Source: an uncultured Candidatus Binatia bacterium (GTDB lineage: Bacteria > Desulfobacterota > Binatia > UBA9968 > JAJDTQ01). Taken from it: a DNA stretch of 64,000 bases. The notes under the pieces are model-generated. The model was not told the origin of the DNA, ran no database searches, and was given only the letters and a program-made list of their open reading frames with translations. The stretch spans positions 928,001 through 992,000 of the forward strand of contig OZ243916.1 of assembly GCA_965213675.1 (NCBI GenBank), written 5' to 3'. Positions 22,001 through 31,885 of this stretch are shown here, piece by piece (position 1 is the first letter of the stretch; the number at the start of each line of letters is the position of its first letter). Both the position numbers and the translations under genes were made by a program.

Positions 22001-22057
22001 TCCCTTGAGAACGTCCTCCCGAGGACTACATGTATCGAATATCGTCGGGACCGTCAT
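19040..22057 (-). CDS. DUF499-family AAA+ ATPase (BrxC/PglY-related)
   Basis: DFAADL, TSYGGGKTH Walker A, ILLDEL Walker B, LRRRLF, SYPLHPE, FQRVRGMLRLL. Confidence 0.87.
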   Translation of the reverse strand: MTVPTIFDTCSPREDVLKGAIAEADFAADLAQVIVGEGSAEYLDPVRFFAHTWPTRGIKNLLANVCRRLSGSGGEVAAIFRLDTSYGGGKTHGLIALAHAARGMANVPNAAEFVEPDLLPQGPVRVAAFDGENADPANGRAMGDGVLACTPWGEIAYALAGREGYERVRNSDEHQVAPGAETLRELFGGEPVLILLDELSVYLRKVRQFDDAHDQLTAFLTSLFKAVEGAPNAALVYTLAIGKDGRATDAYSAENQFIADRMAEAESVSARKATLLNPTEEDETAQVLRRRLFESIDDFQASSVVATYRDLWTAAGEALSREAARPETTESFLASYPLHPEVLATLTGKTATLGNFQRVRGMLRLLARTIVHLWQQQPADAAAIHLHHIDPGYEPIRQEIVTRLGQTAYLPAIASDVAGTEKKALAGEIDAEHHRGLPPYATYVARTIFLHSLAFNDPLKGLSPHQLRYSVLAPATDVSFIEEARRKFVAESAYLDDRPGASMRFLAEANLSQIIRREEQHVDAGETRAHLDDSIRGIFSGGAGGAFEAIPFPGGPFDVPDEVGDGRPRLIVLAYDGVAIGSAVERVPELIARIHSRKGSEGSALRALRNNLVFLAAEDARKEEMRRKAQRRLALQDLKKPERLVDLAEHQQDKIRELEARSEQELAIAVQQCYRHVFYPSRNRIGGSDVDLAHTAIDVQSTSDRPGSGQRQVVRALRDLPKLRMSEDEPNSPAYVRDRTPLRKGQITTLALREEFRRDPALPMLCGDDIFIRGILRGIEREEYVYQRGDLLCGPGDPLPTIVIDEQSAVFTMAYARNKGIWPRKQPEPPGGGNEYVEPIDEGGGQVVEPTPEEQPSLGGLSAEGLLTEALARLWEQARARNIEKIGVLTIRLFEAGDAFRLLGAVGAVSGADKLVTLTGGYETRDQGSFELEFRGPVSDAQPVREFLEPQLRDAASRTLEVGFELTFTEGLPMQGDAAEKMTERLSRFASGAAFVMATAREAGA

Positions 22058-22377
22058 GGCTATGCTGTCCCCTCCTTCCCTCGTCGCCGGCCGCGTTTTG
22101 GTCTGTTGGGCGCGCGAGTAGGTCCTAGTGCGACCACTGCAGGTCCAAGACCACCTCAGCGTATCCTCCCTCAGTCCGTGGAATACACCTTGGCAACCTG
22201 TCCGATTCTCCGGGACCACCTCACCATGCACTGGAGTACAATATCAACGACCTGCCGGTGTACTTGTACACCGACTGAAGGTAGCCCCGCCGTACACCGT
22301 CAAAGTCTGGCCCGGAACCGCTTGGCGCGCGGCTCGCATGGAGTTCTTTCAGAATCGCGCCCCAAGTAGGCAAGGCG

Positions 22378-22557
22378 TCATCCCGAGTTGGTGGAGTTGG
22401 AAGTGCGGGAAACCTGGGGGTTCGTGAGGGATACGTTTGCTGCCACGTCTATTTCTTCAGCGCGCATATAGAGTTCGATGGATTCGGTCACTCCGGCCTC
22501 TTTCGAGGTCGGTATAACATTCATCTCTACGCGACCTTTTGGTACCGGATCGGCCAT
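22378..22557 (-). CDS. 59-aa hypothetical protein or gene remnant
   Basis: GGAGGT 5 nt before ATG 22557; MADPVPKGRVEMNVIP... Confidence 0.4.
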   Translation of the reverse strand: MADPVPKGRVEMNVIPTSKEAGVTESIELYMRAEEIDVAANVSLTNPQVSRTSNSTNSG

Positions 22558-22643
22558 TGCCCACCTCCGAAGGACCTCTTTATGCATGCGCGGAAAGACT
22601 GCCGCAAGCCGGCGTTCGGCACGCCGCGAGTTCCCAGCCTCGT

Positions 22644-24440
22644 CTAGTCCCCGGCCAACGTCCTGATCTGCAACTCCCCAAGCTGCCTTGCATCCACCGT
22701 GGTGGGCGCTTCCGTCAGCATGCATACGGCGCGCTGGCTCTTGGGAAAGGCGATGACGTCGCGGATGGCGGGGGCGTCGCTCAGGAGCATGGCAAGGCGG
22801 TCGACGCCGAAGGCGATGCCGCCGTGGGGGGGCGCGCCGAGGTCCAGGGCTTCGAGGAGGAAACCGAACTGTTCCTCGACGGTGTCGGGGTTCACGTCCA
22901 GGAGCGCCAGCACCTGCCGTTGCAGTTCCGGGGAGTGGATCCGTATGCTGCCGCCGCCCAGCTCCATGCCGTTCAAAACCAGGTCGTAGGCGCGGGACTT
23001 GACCCGGGTGGGATCGGTTTCCAGCAGCGGCAGGTCTTCTTCCCGCGGGGCGGTGAAGGGATGGTGCACGGCGGTGTAGCGCCCCTCGGCTTTCCGCCAC
23101 TCCACCAGCGGGAAGTCCAGGACCCAGGTGAAGGCGTGAACGCCGTCCGGCACAAGGCCGAGCCGCCGGGCCATTTCCAGCCGCAGGTTGGCGAGGCCCT
23201 CGTTGACGATGTCGAAATCGTCGGCGAGCATGAAGAGAATGTCGCCGGGCCGTACACCGGCGAGGTCGCGCAGGGCGTCTTTCTCGGCCGCGCTCAGGAA
23301 CTTGGTGAGCGGCGACTGCCACTCGCTGTCCGTGACCTTGATCCAGGCGAGCCCCTTGGCGCCGTAGCGTCCCACCAGACCAGTGAGATCATCGAGGTCC
23401 TTGCGCGACAGATCGCCGGCGCCGGGCGCCCGCAGGCCCTTGACGATGCCGCCGCCCGCCAGCGCGCGCGTGAAGATGGCCACCCTGGAATCGCGGAATG
23501 TGTCCGAAAGCTCCACCAGCTCCAGGCCGAAACGGAGGTCGGGCTTGTCCGTGCCGTAGCGACCCATGGCCTCTTCCCAGGTCAGGCGCCGGAACGGCGT
23601 CTCCAGCTCCACCCCACGGACCTCCCGGAACACCCGCGCCATCATGCCCTCGACCATGTCGAAGATGTCCTCGGGCCGCACGAAAGACATCTCGATGTCG
23701 AGCTGGGTGAACTCGGGTTGGCGGTCCATGCGCAGGTCCTCGTCACGAAAGCAGCGCACCACCTGGAAATAGCGGTCCACGCCGCCCACCATGAGGATCT
23801 GCTTGAAGAGCTGGGGCGACTGCGGCAACGCATAGAACTTGCCCGGGTGCATGCGGCTGGGCACCAGGTAATCGCGGGCACCCTCGGGCGTGCTCTTGGT
23901 GAGCACCGGAGTCTCCACCTCCATGAACGCCAGGCCGTTCAGGTGTTCGCGCACGGCGGACAGCATGCGGTGGCGGATCTCCAGGGGGCGCAGGCTGCGC
24001 GGCCGCCGCAGGTCAAGGTAGCGGTAGCGGTAGCGGCTGGTCTCGGTGGGCTCCACATCGTCGTCAACCGGGAAGGGCGGCACCCGCGAGGGGTTGAGCA
24101 CGCGCAGTTCCAGGGCCATCAGTTCGACGGCGCCGGTGGCGATGCTGGTGTTCACGGTCTCCTCGGAACGGTGCACCAGGGTTCCGCGCACGGCCAGCAC
24201 GTCTTCGGAGCGCACGCGCTTGGCCTTTTCGTGGGCCTCGGGCGTCACCTCGGGGTTCAACACCACCTGCACCGCGCCGGACCGATCCCGCAGGTCGATG
24301 AACAGCAGGCCGCCGTGATCCCGCACGGACTGCGTCCATCCCATCAGGATCATCTCCCGGCCCACGTCGCCCTCGCCCGGCTCCCCGCAGCGGCAGCTTC
24401 GCTGCCAGTCGCCCATCAGATCCACATTCCGCTCGTTCAC
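22644..24440 (-). CDS. aspS: Aspartate--tRNA ligase
   Basis: [41 protein letters not shown]. Confidence 0.96.
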   Translation of the reverse strand: MNERNVDLMGDWQRSCRCGEPGEGDVGREMILMGWTQSVRDHGGLLFIDLRDRSGAVQVVLNPEVTPEAHEKAKRVRSEDVLAVRGTLVHRSEETVNTSIATGAVELMALELRVLNPSRVPPFPVDDDVEPTETSRYRYRYLDLRRPRSLRPLEIRHRMLSAVREHLNGLAFMEVETPVLTKSTPEGARDYLVPSRMHPGKFYALPQSPQLFKQILMVGGVDRYFQVVRCFRDEDLRMDRQPEFTQLDIEMSFVRPEDIFDMVEGMMARVFREVRGVELETPFRRLTWEEAMGRYGTDKPDLRFGLELVELSDTFRDSRVAIFTRALAGGGIVKGLRAPGAGDLSRKDLDDLTGLVGRYGAKGLAWIKVTDSEWQSPLTKFLSAAEKDALRDLAGVRPGDILFMLADDFDIVNEGLANLRLEMARRLGLVPDGVHAFTWVLDFPLVEWRKAEGRYTAVHHPFTAPREEDLPLLETDPTRVKSRAYDLVLNGMELGGGSIRIHSPELQRQVLALLDVNPDTVEEQFGFLLEALDLGAPPHGGIAFGVDRLAMLLSDAPAIRDVIAFPKSQRAVCMLTEAPTTVDARQLGELQIRTLAGD

Positions 24441-24444
24441 GTGT

Positions 24445-25698
24445 TCACCCGAGACTTTCCTCGACATCCGCGAAATCCACCTCGGTCTGTTCCTTGGTCG
24501 CCATATGGCGCACCAGCGCCCTGCCCTTGTCCATCTCGTCGGGGCCGACGATGAGCACCACGCTTGCCCCTTGCTTGTCCGCCCGCCGCATCTGGCTCTT
24601 GAGACTCCGGTCCTCGCCCTCCAGGTCCACCCGCCGGCCGCGCCGGCGCAGACGATGGGCCAAGGCAAACGTCCACCGTTGCGCTTCCTCGCCCATCCAG
24701 GCGAGATAGAGTAGCGGCGCGCCGCTTTCGGCCGTTTCCCCTTCCGACAGCAGCAACGCCAGGCGCTCCACCCCCAAGGCGAAGCCCACGCCCGCCACCG
24801 CCGGTCCCCCCAGGGAGCGCGCCAGCCCGTCGTAGCGGCCGCCCGCGGCCACGGTGTTCTGGCTTCCCAGGCCCGCGCCGGCCTTCCATTCGAAAGTGGT
24901 GCGGCAATAGTAGTCCAGGCCGCGCACCAGGCGCGGGTTCACCACCGGCTCCGGCCGGAGGTTCCGGAGCAGCTCCAGCACGGTGTCGAAGTGTCTCCGG
25001 CAGTCATCGCAAAGATGGGACCGCATCGACGGCGCCGCGCTGACGATGCCGCCGCAGGACGGACGCTTGCAGTCCAGCACGCGCAGCGGATTGTTCTCCA
25101 GCCGGCGGTCGCAGTCGGCGCACAGTTCGGACCGGCGCTCCTCCAGGAACGCCACCAGCGACGCGCGGAAGCCCGGGCGGCAATCGGCGCAGCCGATGGA
25201 ATTCACCTCCAGCACCGTGTCGCCCACACCGAGATCCTCCCACAGGTCCCGCAGCAACAGCAGCAACTCGGCGTCGATGTAGGGATCGGTGCGGCCGAAA
25301 ACCTCGGCGCCGATCTGGTGGAACTGGCGCAATCGCCCCTTTTGGGGGCGCTCGCGGCGAAACATGGGACCCAGGTAATAGAGCTTGCGCACCGGCTCCA
25401 CCTGGTGCAGCTTGCCCTCCCCGTACGCCCGCACCACCCCCGCGGTCCCCTCGGGCCGCAGGCTCAGGAGGGTCGCCTTGGAGTCCCGGTCGGCGAAGGT
25501 GTACATCTCCTTCTCGATGACGTCGGTGGACTCGCCCAGGGAACGCGAAAACAATTCCGACTTCTCCAGCACGGGTATGCGAATCTCTTTGAAGTTGTAG
25601 CTCGCAAACACCCGTTCCGCCGCCCTCTCGATGCGCTGCCACGTCTCCACGTCCCCGGGCAGAACGTCGGCGAAGCCCTTGATACGGGTCAGGTTCAC
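24445..25698 (-). CDS. hisS: Histidine--tRNA ligase
   Basis: [35 protein letters not shown]; start approximate. Confidence 0.96.
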   Translation of the reverse strand: MNLTRIKGFADVLPGDVETWQRIERAAERVFASYNFKEIRIPVLEKSELFSRSLGESTDVIEKEMYTFADRDSKATLLSLRPEGTAGVVRAYGEGKLHQVEPVRKLYYLGPMFRRERPQKGRLRQFHQIGAEVFGRTDPYIDAELLLLLRDLWEDLGVGDTVLEVNSIGCADCRPGFRASLVAFLEERRSELCADCDRRLENNPLRVLDCKRPSCGGIVSAAPSMRSHLCDDCRRHFDTVLELLRNLRPEPVVNPRLVRGLDYYCRTTFEWKAGAGLGSQNTVAAGGRYDGLARSLGGPAVAGVGFALGVERLALLLSEGETAESGAPLLYLAWMGEEAQRWTFALAHRLRRRGRRVDLEGEDRSLKSQMRRADKQGASVVLIVGPDEMDKGRALVRHMATKEQTEVDFADVEESLG

Positions 25699-26052
25699 AG
25701 GCACCACCCAACGGGCGCCCAAGCCACGGTCGTCATGGTTCGAATTCAATCTACAGGGGAGTCGTGATCGACAGCAGGAGGACTGACGCACGTGCTGCCA
25801 GAATGGCTACGAGCTAACAGAGGCTCGGTGGAATGTCAAACAAACGCACCGTCCACAAAGCTCCCCTCACAAGTTCATTCGCCCGATGTCACACCTGCCC
25901 CGCCTTGCCCGAAAGGCGCCCCTCGTCGTCCATCCGTGCCACGCGCGCCGGCCGATCACCGCCCCAGATCCAAAGTGCCAGGAGCTTGCGCCGCAGGAAT
26001 TCGCGAAAGGGAAAATTCGCTATCGCGCATCCCTGCGGGCAAGCTCCCAGGC

Positions 26053-27645
26053 TCACCGAAGGAGCCGGTGGACGATGGCGGCCAGTGTCAGGATGAATCC
26101 GTAGCATGCCGCCACCATCCCCCAACCCGGACGCGGGAACGAGAGCGCCGCCATGGGAAGGCCTGCCAGAAGGTCGACAGCCCACAGAAACAACGCCGCC
26201 ACGGGCTCGACGGCGGCCGCCAGGAGCATCGAGCCGGCGGGGTTGAATAGGCACAGAAAGCCGGTCAGGAGCCCGGCGGGCACGATGAAGAAGCCCACCA
26301 GCGGCACCAGCAGCGGGTTGGCGACGAAGCCGGCCAGGGAGAGAGTGCCGAAGTGGTATGCCACCACCGGCCCGGTGCCAAGGGTGGCGAACACGGGGAC
26401 GAGGACCGACAACAGGATGGCGCGCCCATACCGTTGCAGGCGGCTTTCCCGGGCGCCTTCGGTCGGCTGCATGAAGCGCGCCTTGCCCAGCATTCGTATC
26501 CCCCCGGCGATGGACAACACGGCCAGGAAGGAAAGCTGGAAGGATGCCTCCATGACGGCGCCGGGCCATACCAGCGCGGCGACGAATGCGGCCAGCGCCA
26601 GGCTCCTGAACAGGCCTGAGCCGCGCCCGGTCAGCACCGCCACCTGGTACAGACCGATCATGAGGGCGGCGCGCACCGTGGGTATCCGCGCCCCGGCAAC
26701 AGCGGCGTAGAGCAGCACCGGCGCCAGCGAGCCCAGGGCCGTCAGCTTGTGGACTGGAAAACGCAGGAGCAGCCACGTGCTGCGGCCCGCCAGCGCGCGG
26801 CACAGGAACCACACCGCGAAGCTCAGCATGCCCACGTGCAGTCCCGATATGGACAGCACATGAGACATGCCCACGGCGACGAAGCGCTCCCGCACCGCCG
26901 CGGTCAGGCCGCCGCGATCCCCCACCACCAGCGCCTTGAGCAGCCCCGCGGTGGCCGGGTCGAACACGCGCTCCAGGAACCGCCCGATGCGCCGCCGCCC
27001 GGTCTCGATCCAGCCGCGGACGCCGCCGCCTTCGCGCCGCACCAGACGCACATCGAAATCGTTGTGCAGATACGCCACATGGTAGATGCCGCGGCGCGCC
27101 AGGTAAGCCGTGTAGTCGAACTGTTCGTCCCAGTTCTTCGGTTCGCGCAGGCGCAACGGCAACCGCACCACATCTCCGTAGCGCCAGTGCCGGTAGGCGT
27201 TGCGGACGGTCACCCGCACATTGCCGCTGGCGCTGCGCGCGCCTTCCGGCGTCCACTCCCGCTCCGCCGAGAAGTACCAGCGGCTCCGTCCGCCAAGACT
27301 TTCCGGTTCTCGGTAGAGGCGTCCTTCAATGACCGCGCGTTTCCCCTGATCCAGATGCCGAAGGTGGTCGGAGGGCAGCCGCGGATGAAGCAGCCCGTGG
27401 TGCGCGGTGAAACCCCAGTGAAAAGCGAGTGTGCAGGCTAGCCCGAGAAGCCCCCAACGGGGCCTGGCGAAGCAAAGAGCCAGGGAAGACGCCGCCAGAG
27501 CCACGGTGAACGCCCCGGCGGCGTCGGCCATGACAGCCACGGCTTGCCCGCCGAGCAGGGCCAGTAGCGGAAAGACGAGGACGGCCGTGGGATGAGCGAG
27601 GCCCATGCTCAAGCCCGGAAACTCAAGCCGAGAATGTCCAAGCAC
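26053..27645 (-). CDS. comEC: ComEC/Rec2 competence membrane protein lacking C-terminal MBL domain
   Basis: HVLSISGLHVG, SFQLSFLAV, OB-like region, many TM segments; start approximate. Confidence 0.85.
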   Translation of the reverse strand: MLGHSRLEFPGLSMGLAHPTAVLVFPLLALLGGQAVAVMADAAGAFTVALAASSLALCFARPRWGLLGLACTLAFHWGFTAHHGLLHPRLPSDHLRHLDQGKRAVIEGRLYREPESLGGRSRWYFSAEREWTPEGARSASGNVRVTVRNAYRHWRYGDVVRLPLRLREPKNWDEQFDYTAYLARRGIYHVAYLHNDFDVRLVRREGGGVRGWIETGRRRIGRFLERVFDPATAGLLKALVVGDRGGLTAAVRERFVAVGMSHVLSISGLHVGMLSFAVWFLCRALAGRSTWLLLRFPVHKLTALGSLAPVLLYAAVAGARIPTVRAALMIGLYQVAVLTGRGSGLFRSLALAAFVAALVWPGAVMEASFQLSFLAVLSIAGGIRMLGKARFMQPTEGARESRLQRYGRAILLSVLVPVFATLGTGPVVAYHFGTLSLAGFVANPLLVPLVGFFIVPAGLLTGFLCLFNPAGSMLLAAAVEPVAALFLWAVDLLAGLPMAALSFPRPGWGMVAACYGFILTLAAIVHRLLR

Positions 27646-27707
27646 GGAATCCGGTCACACCAGGGGCATTCCGGTGTTGGCGGGAGAGACGCGACCATGA
27701 CAGCCTC

Positions 27708-29555
27708 TTACTCCGCGGCCTGGAACGATGCCAGGATGCGCTCGGCCACGGGGCGGCTCATGGACGGGACTTCCAGCAGTTCCTCCAGGGAGGCGTCCCG
27801 CAGCCGCTTCATGCTGCCGAAACGGCGCAGCAGGGCCTTGCGGCGCGCCGGCCCGATCCCGGGGATGCCGTCGAGGCCCGAGCGCAGGGTCTCGCGCTTG
27901 CGGATGCTCCGGTGATAGGTGATGGCGAAGCGGTGGGCCTCGTCGCGCAGGCGCTGGAGCAGGAACAGCGCGTTGGAGTTGCGCCGCAGCACCACGGGGT
28001 TGCTGCGGTAGGGCAGGAAGAGGCGCTCCTCCGAGCGCTCGATCTCGGCGGCGCGCGGCGACGCGGCCACGCGCATCTTCGCCATGGCCACCACGTCCAC
28101 GCCGGTGATCCGCAGGTCCGCCAGGGCGGTCAACGCCACCTGCAACTGCCCCTTGCCCCCGTCCACCACCATCAGGTCCGGCAGATCGGTCTCCTGGAGG
28201 CCGCGCTGGAAGCGCCGCTTGATGACCTCGTACATCATGGCGAAGTCGTCGCCGCGGGTCTCGGGGGCCACGGTGCGCACCCGGTAGCGGCGGTAGTTCG
28301 ACTTGTCCGGTTCGCCGTCGAAGAACGCCACCCGGGAGCCCACGGCGTGGGTCCCCTGGATCATGGAGATGTCGTAACACTCGATGCGCTGGGGATAGCG
28401 CCGGAGCCGCAGCTTCTGCTGCAGCTCGCGCAGCATCTTCTCGCGCTCCCGCTCCTGATCGTGGCGTTCGTTGAAGCCCTGGCGGGCGTTGTTCATGGCC
28501 ATCTCCAGGAGTTGGCGCTTCTCGCCCCGCTGCGGCTGGTGCAGCGTCACCCGCCGGCCCTTGCGCTCGCCCAGGTACTCCTCGTGGACGTCGCGGTCGT
28601 CCAACGCCACCGGCACCAGGACTTCCTCCGGTACGAAGCGGTTGCCCTGGTAGAACTGGGTCAACAGCGCCCCGACGATGTCCTCGTCGTCGAAGTGATG
28701 GTCTTCCAGGGAATAAGCCTGGTTGCCGGTGAGCTTGCCCTGACGCACGAAGATGATCTGGACCTCGATGAAGCCCCCTTCCCGGTACAGGCCGAAGATA
28801 TCCTGGTCGGCTCCCCAGTGGGACACCATGCGCTGCTTCTCCAGGGTCTTCTCCACCGCATGAATCCGGTCCCGCAGCCTGGCGGCCTGCTCGAACTCCA
28901 GGGCGTCGGCGCGCTCGCGCATGCGCGCCCTCAGTTGCCCCAGCAGGTCGGCGCTCTTGCCCTCGATGAACCACACCGCCTGACGCAGATTGCCGGCGTA
29001 CTCGTCCGGGTTCACCGGATGGACGCAGGGCGCCGGGCAGCGCTTGATCTGGTATTGCAGGCACGGGCGATCGCGGTTGCGGAAGTTGTAGTCGGTGCAG
29101 CTCCGCAGCAGGAAATGCTTCTCGATGACCTCCAGTGTCTCGCGCACGGCGATGGCCGAGGCGTAGGGGCCGAAATAGCGGCTGCCGTCCCTGACGATGC
29201 TGCGGGTGGCGAGAATGCGCGGCCAGTCGCCGGCCGTGACCTTGATGCTCAGGTAGCTCTTGTCGTCCTTGAGGCGGATGTTGTAGCGCGGCTTGTACTG
29301 CTTGATGAGGTTGTTCTCGAGGATCAGGGCTTCCTTCTCGTTGCTCGTCACCAGGGTCTCGATGTCCGCCACCTGACGCATGAGGAAGGCCACGTGCGGA
29401 CGCCCGTCGCCGCCCCGCAGGTAGGAGCGCACGCGCGCGCGCAATTCCTTGGCCTTGCCCACGTACACGACCTTGCCGCCGCCGTCCCGCATCAGGTAGA
29501 CGCCGGGTCCGGCGGGCAGCGTGTCGAGATGGTCCTTGAGTTCTTCGACGTGCAT
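27708..29555 (-). CDS. uvrC: Excinuclease ABC subunit C
   Basis: GVYLM/YVGKAK GIY-YIG, RIECYDIS, DGGKGQL, RDEAHRFA, HhH. Confidence 0.96.
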   Translation of the reverse strand: MHVEELKDHLDTLPAGPGVYLMRDGGGKVVYVGKAKELRARVRSYLRGGDGRPHVAFLMRQVADIETLVTSNEKEALILENNLIKQYKPRYNIRLKDDKSYLSIKVTAGDWPRILATRSIVRDGSRYFGPYASAIAVRETLEVIEKHFLLRSCTDYNFRNRDRPCLQYQIKRCPAPCVHPVNPDEYAGNLRQAVWFIEGKSADLLGQLRARMRERADALEFEQAARLRDRIHAVEKTLEKQRMVSHWGADQDIFGLYREGGFIEVQIIFVRQGKLTGNQAYSLEDHHFDDEDIVGALLTQFYQGNRFVPEEVLVPVALDDRDVHEEYLGERKGRRVTLHQPQRGEKRQLLEMAMNNARQGFNERHDQEREREKMLRELQQKLRLRRYPQRIECYDISMIQGTHAVGSRVAFFDGEPDKSNYRRYRVRTVAPETRGDDFAMMYEVIKRRFQRGLQETDLPDLMVVDGGKGQLQVALTALADLRITGVDVVAMAKMRVAASPRAAEIERSEERLFLPYRSNPVVLRRNSNALFLLQRLRDEAHRFAITYHRSIRKRETLRSGLDGIPGIGPARRKALLRRFGSMKRLRDASLEELLEVPSMSRPVAERILASFQAAE

Positions 29556-29684
29556 GGAAAAACTCGATTCAGTCGCCCTCGTGAAGAACCGCGCCCTTCG
29601 ACAAGCGCCAGGCAAGCGTAGAGAAACGAAGTCCAAGGGCTGCACACTGATCGAGCGACGCCGTCATCGCCAGCGGCAACCGTT

Positions 29685-31721
29685 TCAAGCCCGCCCGGCC
29701 GCCGCGCCGCGCGACACATACGGGCCGGACAGCTCTTTTTCCTGCAGCTCGCGGATGCGGTCCCGGACCTCCGCCGCCTTCTCGAACTCCAGCCGGTCGG
29801 ACGCCTGCTTCATTTCCTTCCTGAGCTTCTCGACCATGCGCGGGATCTCGCTGGGCGGCGGGCCGTCGTCGGCCACCAGCGGCACCTCCACGTAGTCGGC
29901 GTCGTAGGCCTGGATCAACGGCTCGTCGATCTGCTTGACCACGCTCCGGGGCACGATGCCGTGCTCCTCGTTGAAGGCCTGCTGGACCCCGCGCCGGCGC
30001 TCGGTCTCGCCGATGGCGAGTTTCATGGAATCGGTCATGACGTCGGCGTACAGGATCACGGTGCCGTCCACGTTGCGCGCGGCGCGGCCGATGGTCTGGA
30101 TCAGCGAGCGCTCCGAGCGCAGAAACCCTTCCTTGTCCGCATCGAGGATGGCCACCAGCGACACCTCCGGCAGATCCAGCCCTTCGCGCAGGAGGTTGAT
30201 GCCCACCAGCACGTCGAACACCCCCTTGCGCAGGTCCCGGATGATCTCCACCCGCTCGATGGCGTCGATGTCCGAGTGCAGGTAGCGGACCTTGACGTCA
30301 AGGTCCTGGTAGTAGTCGGTCAGGTCTTCGGCCATGCGCTTGGTCAACGTCGTCACCAGCACGCGGGCGTTCGCCGCGGTGCGCTGGCGGATCTCCTCCA
30401 GCAGGTCGTCCACCTGGGTGCCCGCGGGCCGCACCTGGATCTCCGGGTCGGTGAGGCCGGTGGGGCGGATCAACTGTTCCACGCGGACGTTGCCGCTCCT
30501 CATCAATTCATAATCGGCCGGGGTCGCGGAAACATAAACCGTCTGGCTGATTGCCTCCTCGAATTCCTCGAAGTTGAGCGGGCGGTTGTCCAGCGCCGAG
30601 GGCAGGCGGAAGCCGAACTCCACCAGAGTTTCCTTGCGCGACCGGTCGCCTCGGTACATGCCGCCGATCTGCGGCACGGTGACGTGGCTCTCGTCCACGA
30701 ACAGGACGAAGTCCTCGGGGAAGTAGTTGAGCAGCGTGGGCGGCGGCTCTCCGGGGCGCCGCCCGGTGAGGTGGCGGGAGTAGTTTTCCAGCCCAGGGCA
30801 GTAGCCCATCTCCTCCAGCAGTTCCAGGTCGTAGAGGGTTCGCTGGCGCAGCCGCTGGGCCTCCAGGAGCTTGTTGTCGCGCTTCAACTCCGCCAGCCGT
30901 TCCCGCAACTCCTCCCGGATGGCCGCCACCGCCGCCTTCATGCGATCCGCGGTGGTGACGTAGTGACTCGCGGGATAGATGGTGGCCTTGTCCACGCGCC
31001 GGCGCACCTTGCCGCGCATGGGGTCCACCTCCACGAGCGACTCCACCACGTCGTCGAAGAACTCGATGCGCAGCGCCGACTTGTCCTCGTAGGCCGGGAA
31101 CACCTCCACTGTGTCGCCCCGCACCCGGAAGGTGCCGCGGTGGAAGTCGTAGTCGACGCGCTCGTACTGGATGTCCACGAGCTTGCGCAACATGCGGTCG
31201 CGGTCGATGCGCATGCCCTCCTCCAGGTACACCATGAGGTCGAAGTAGGCTTCCGGCGAGCCCAGGCCGTAGATGCACGAGACGCTGGCGACGATGACCA
31301 CGTCCCGGCGCTCCAGCAACGCCATGGTGGCGGCGTGGCGCAGCTTGTCGATCTCGTCGTTGATGGAGGCGTCCTTGGCGATGTAGGTGTCGGTGGAGGG
31401 GACGTAGGCCTCGGGTTGGTAGTAATCGTAGTAGCTGATGAAATAACGCACCGCGTTGTCCGGCAGCAGCAGCCGGAACTCGTTGTAGAGTTGCGCGGCG
31501 AGAGTCTTGTTGGGCGCGATCACCAGCGTCGGCCGGTTGATGCGGCTGATGACGTTGGCCATGGTGAAGGTCTTGCCCGAGCCCGTGACCCCCAGCAGCA
31601 CCTGGTGCCGCCGGCCCGCGTCCAACCCCTCCACCAGTTCGTCGATGGCCCGGGGCTGGTCCCCCTGGGGCTGGAAGTCGGCGACCAGGCGAAACCGGCC
31701 GGATTTGCGCTCCTTCAGCAT
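29685..31721 (-). CDS. uvrB: Excinuclease ABC subunit B
   Basis: [31 protein letters not shown]. Confidence 0.97.
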   Translation of the reverse strand: MLKERKSGRFRLVADFQPQGDQPRAIDELVEGLDAGRRHQVLLGVTGSGKTFTMANVISRINRPTLVIAPNKTLAAQLYNEFRLLLPDNAVRYFISYYDYYQPEAYVPSTDTYIAKDASINDEIDKLRHAATMALLERRDVVIVASVSCIYGLGSPEAYFDLMVYLEEGMRIDRDRMLRKLVDIQYERVDYDFHRGTFRVRGDTVEVFPAYEDKSALRIEFFDDVVESLVEVDPMRGKVRRRVDKATIYPASHYVTTADRMKAAVAAIREELRERLAELKRDNKLLEAQRLRQRTLYDLELLEEMGYCPGLENYSRHLTGRRPGEPPPTLLNYFPEDFVLFVDESHVTVPQIGGMYRGDRSRKETLVEFGFRLPSALDNRPLNFEEFEEAISQTVYVSATPADYELMRSGNVRVEQLIRPTGLTDPEIQVRPAGTQVDDLLEEIRQRTAANARVLVTTLTKRMAEDLTDYYQDLDVKVRYLHSDIDAIERVEIIRDLRKGVFDVLVGINLLREGLDLPEVSLVAILDADKEGFLRSERSLIQTIGRAARNVDGTVILYADVMTDSMKLAIGETERRRGVQQAFNEEHGIVPRSVVKQIDEPLIQAYDADYVEVPLVADDGPPPSEIPRMVEKLRKEMKQASDRLEFEKAAEVRDRIRELQEKELSGPYVSRGAAAGRA

Positions 31722-31885
31722 GTCCAAGGAATAACACCGCGGGCGCGGAGTGCGCAAAACCGCGGCGGGGCGTCCACGCCGGTTCCGGTTCCCTGGACAC
31801 ACGCGCGCCGAAGCTGGTAAGGATCAGTCTGCTGTCTCGGGGCGCCCGTTATGACTGCAAAGCGGCGGTAGCTCACTGCACCCCC

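Larger units (their letters stand above)
7033..22643. other. Putative defence island (BREX-related DUF499/DUF1156/SNF2 system plus STAND-repeat gene, higBA, IS5)
   Basis: Accessory genes between housekeeping def and aspS; parts visibly more AT-rich; no integrase seen; boundaries approximate. Confidence 0.75.

Noticed and set aside
22277-22303. TTGACG...TACCTT promoter for the DUF499 gene
   Set aside because: 14-bp spacer is too short
7033-22643. Canonical BREX, DISARM or prophage call
   Set aside because: No PglZ/BrxL, no DrmA/DrmB-type genes, no phage structural or integrase genes
25700-25900. Possible T-box or 6S RNA upstream of hisS
   Set aside because: GGGTGGTGCC mismatches the T-box core and sits at the start codon; no terminator or convincing long hairpin; needs an Rfam scan
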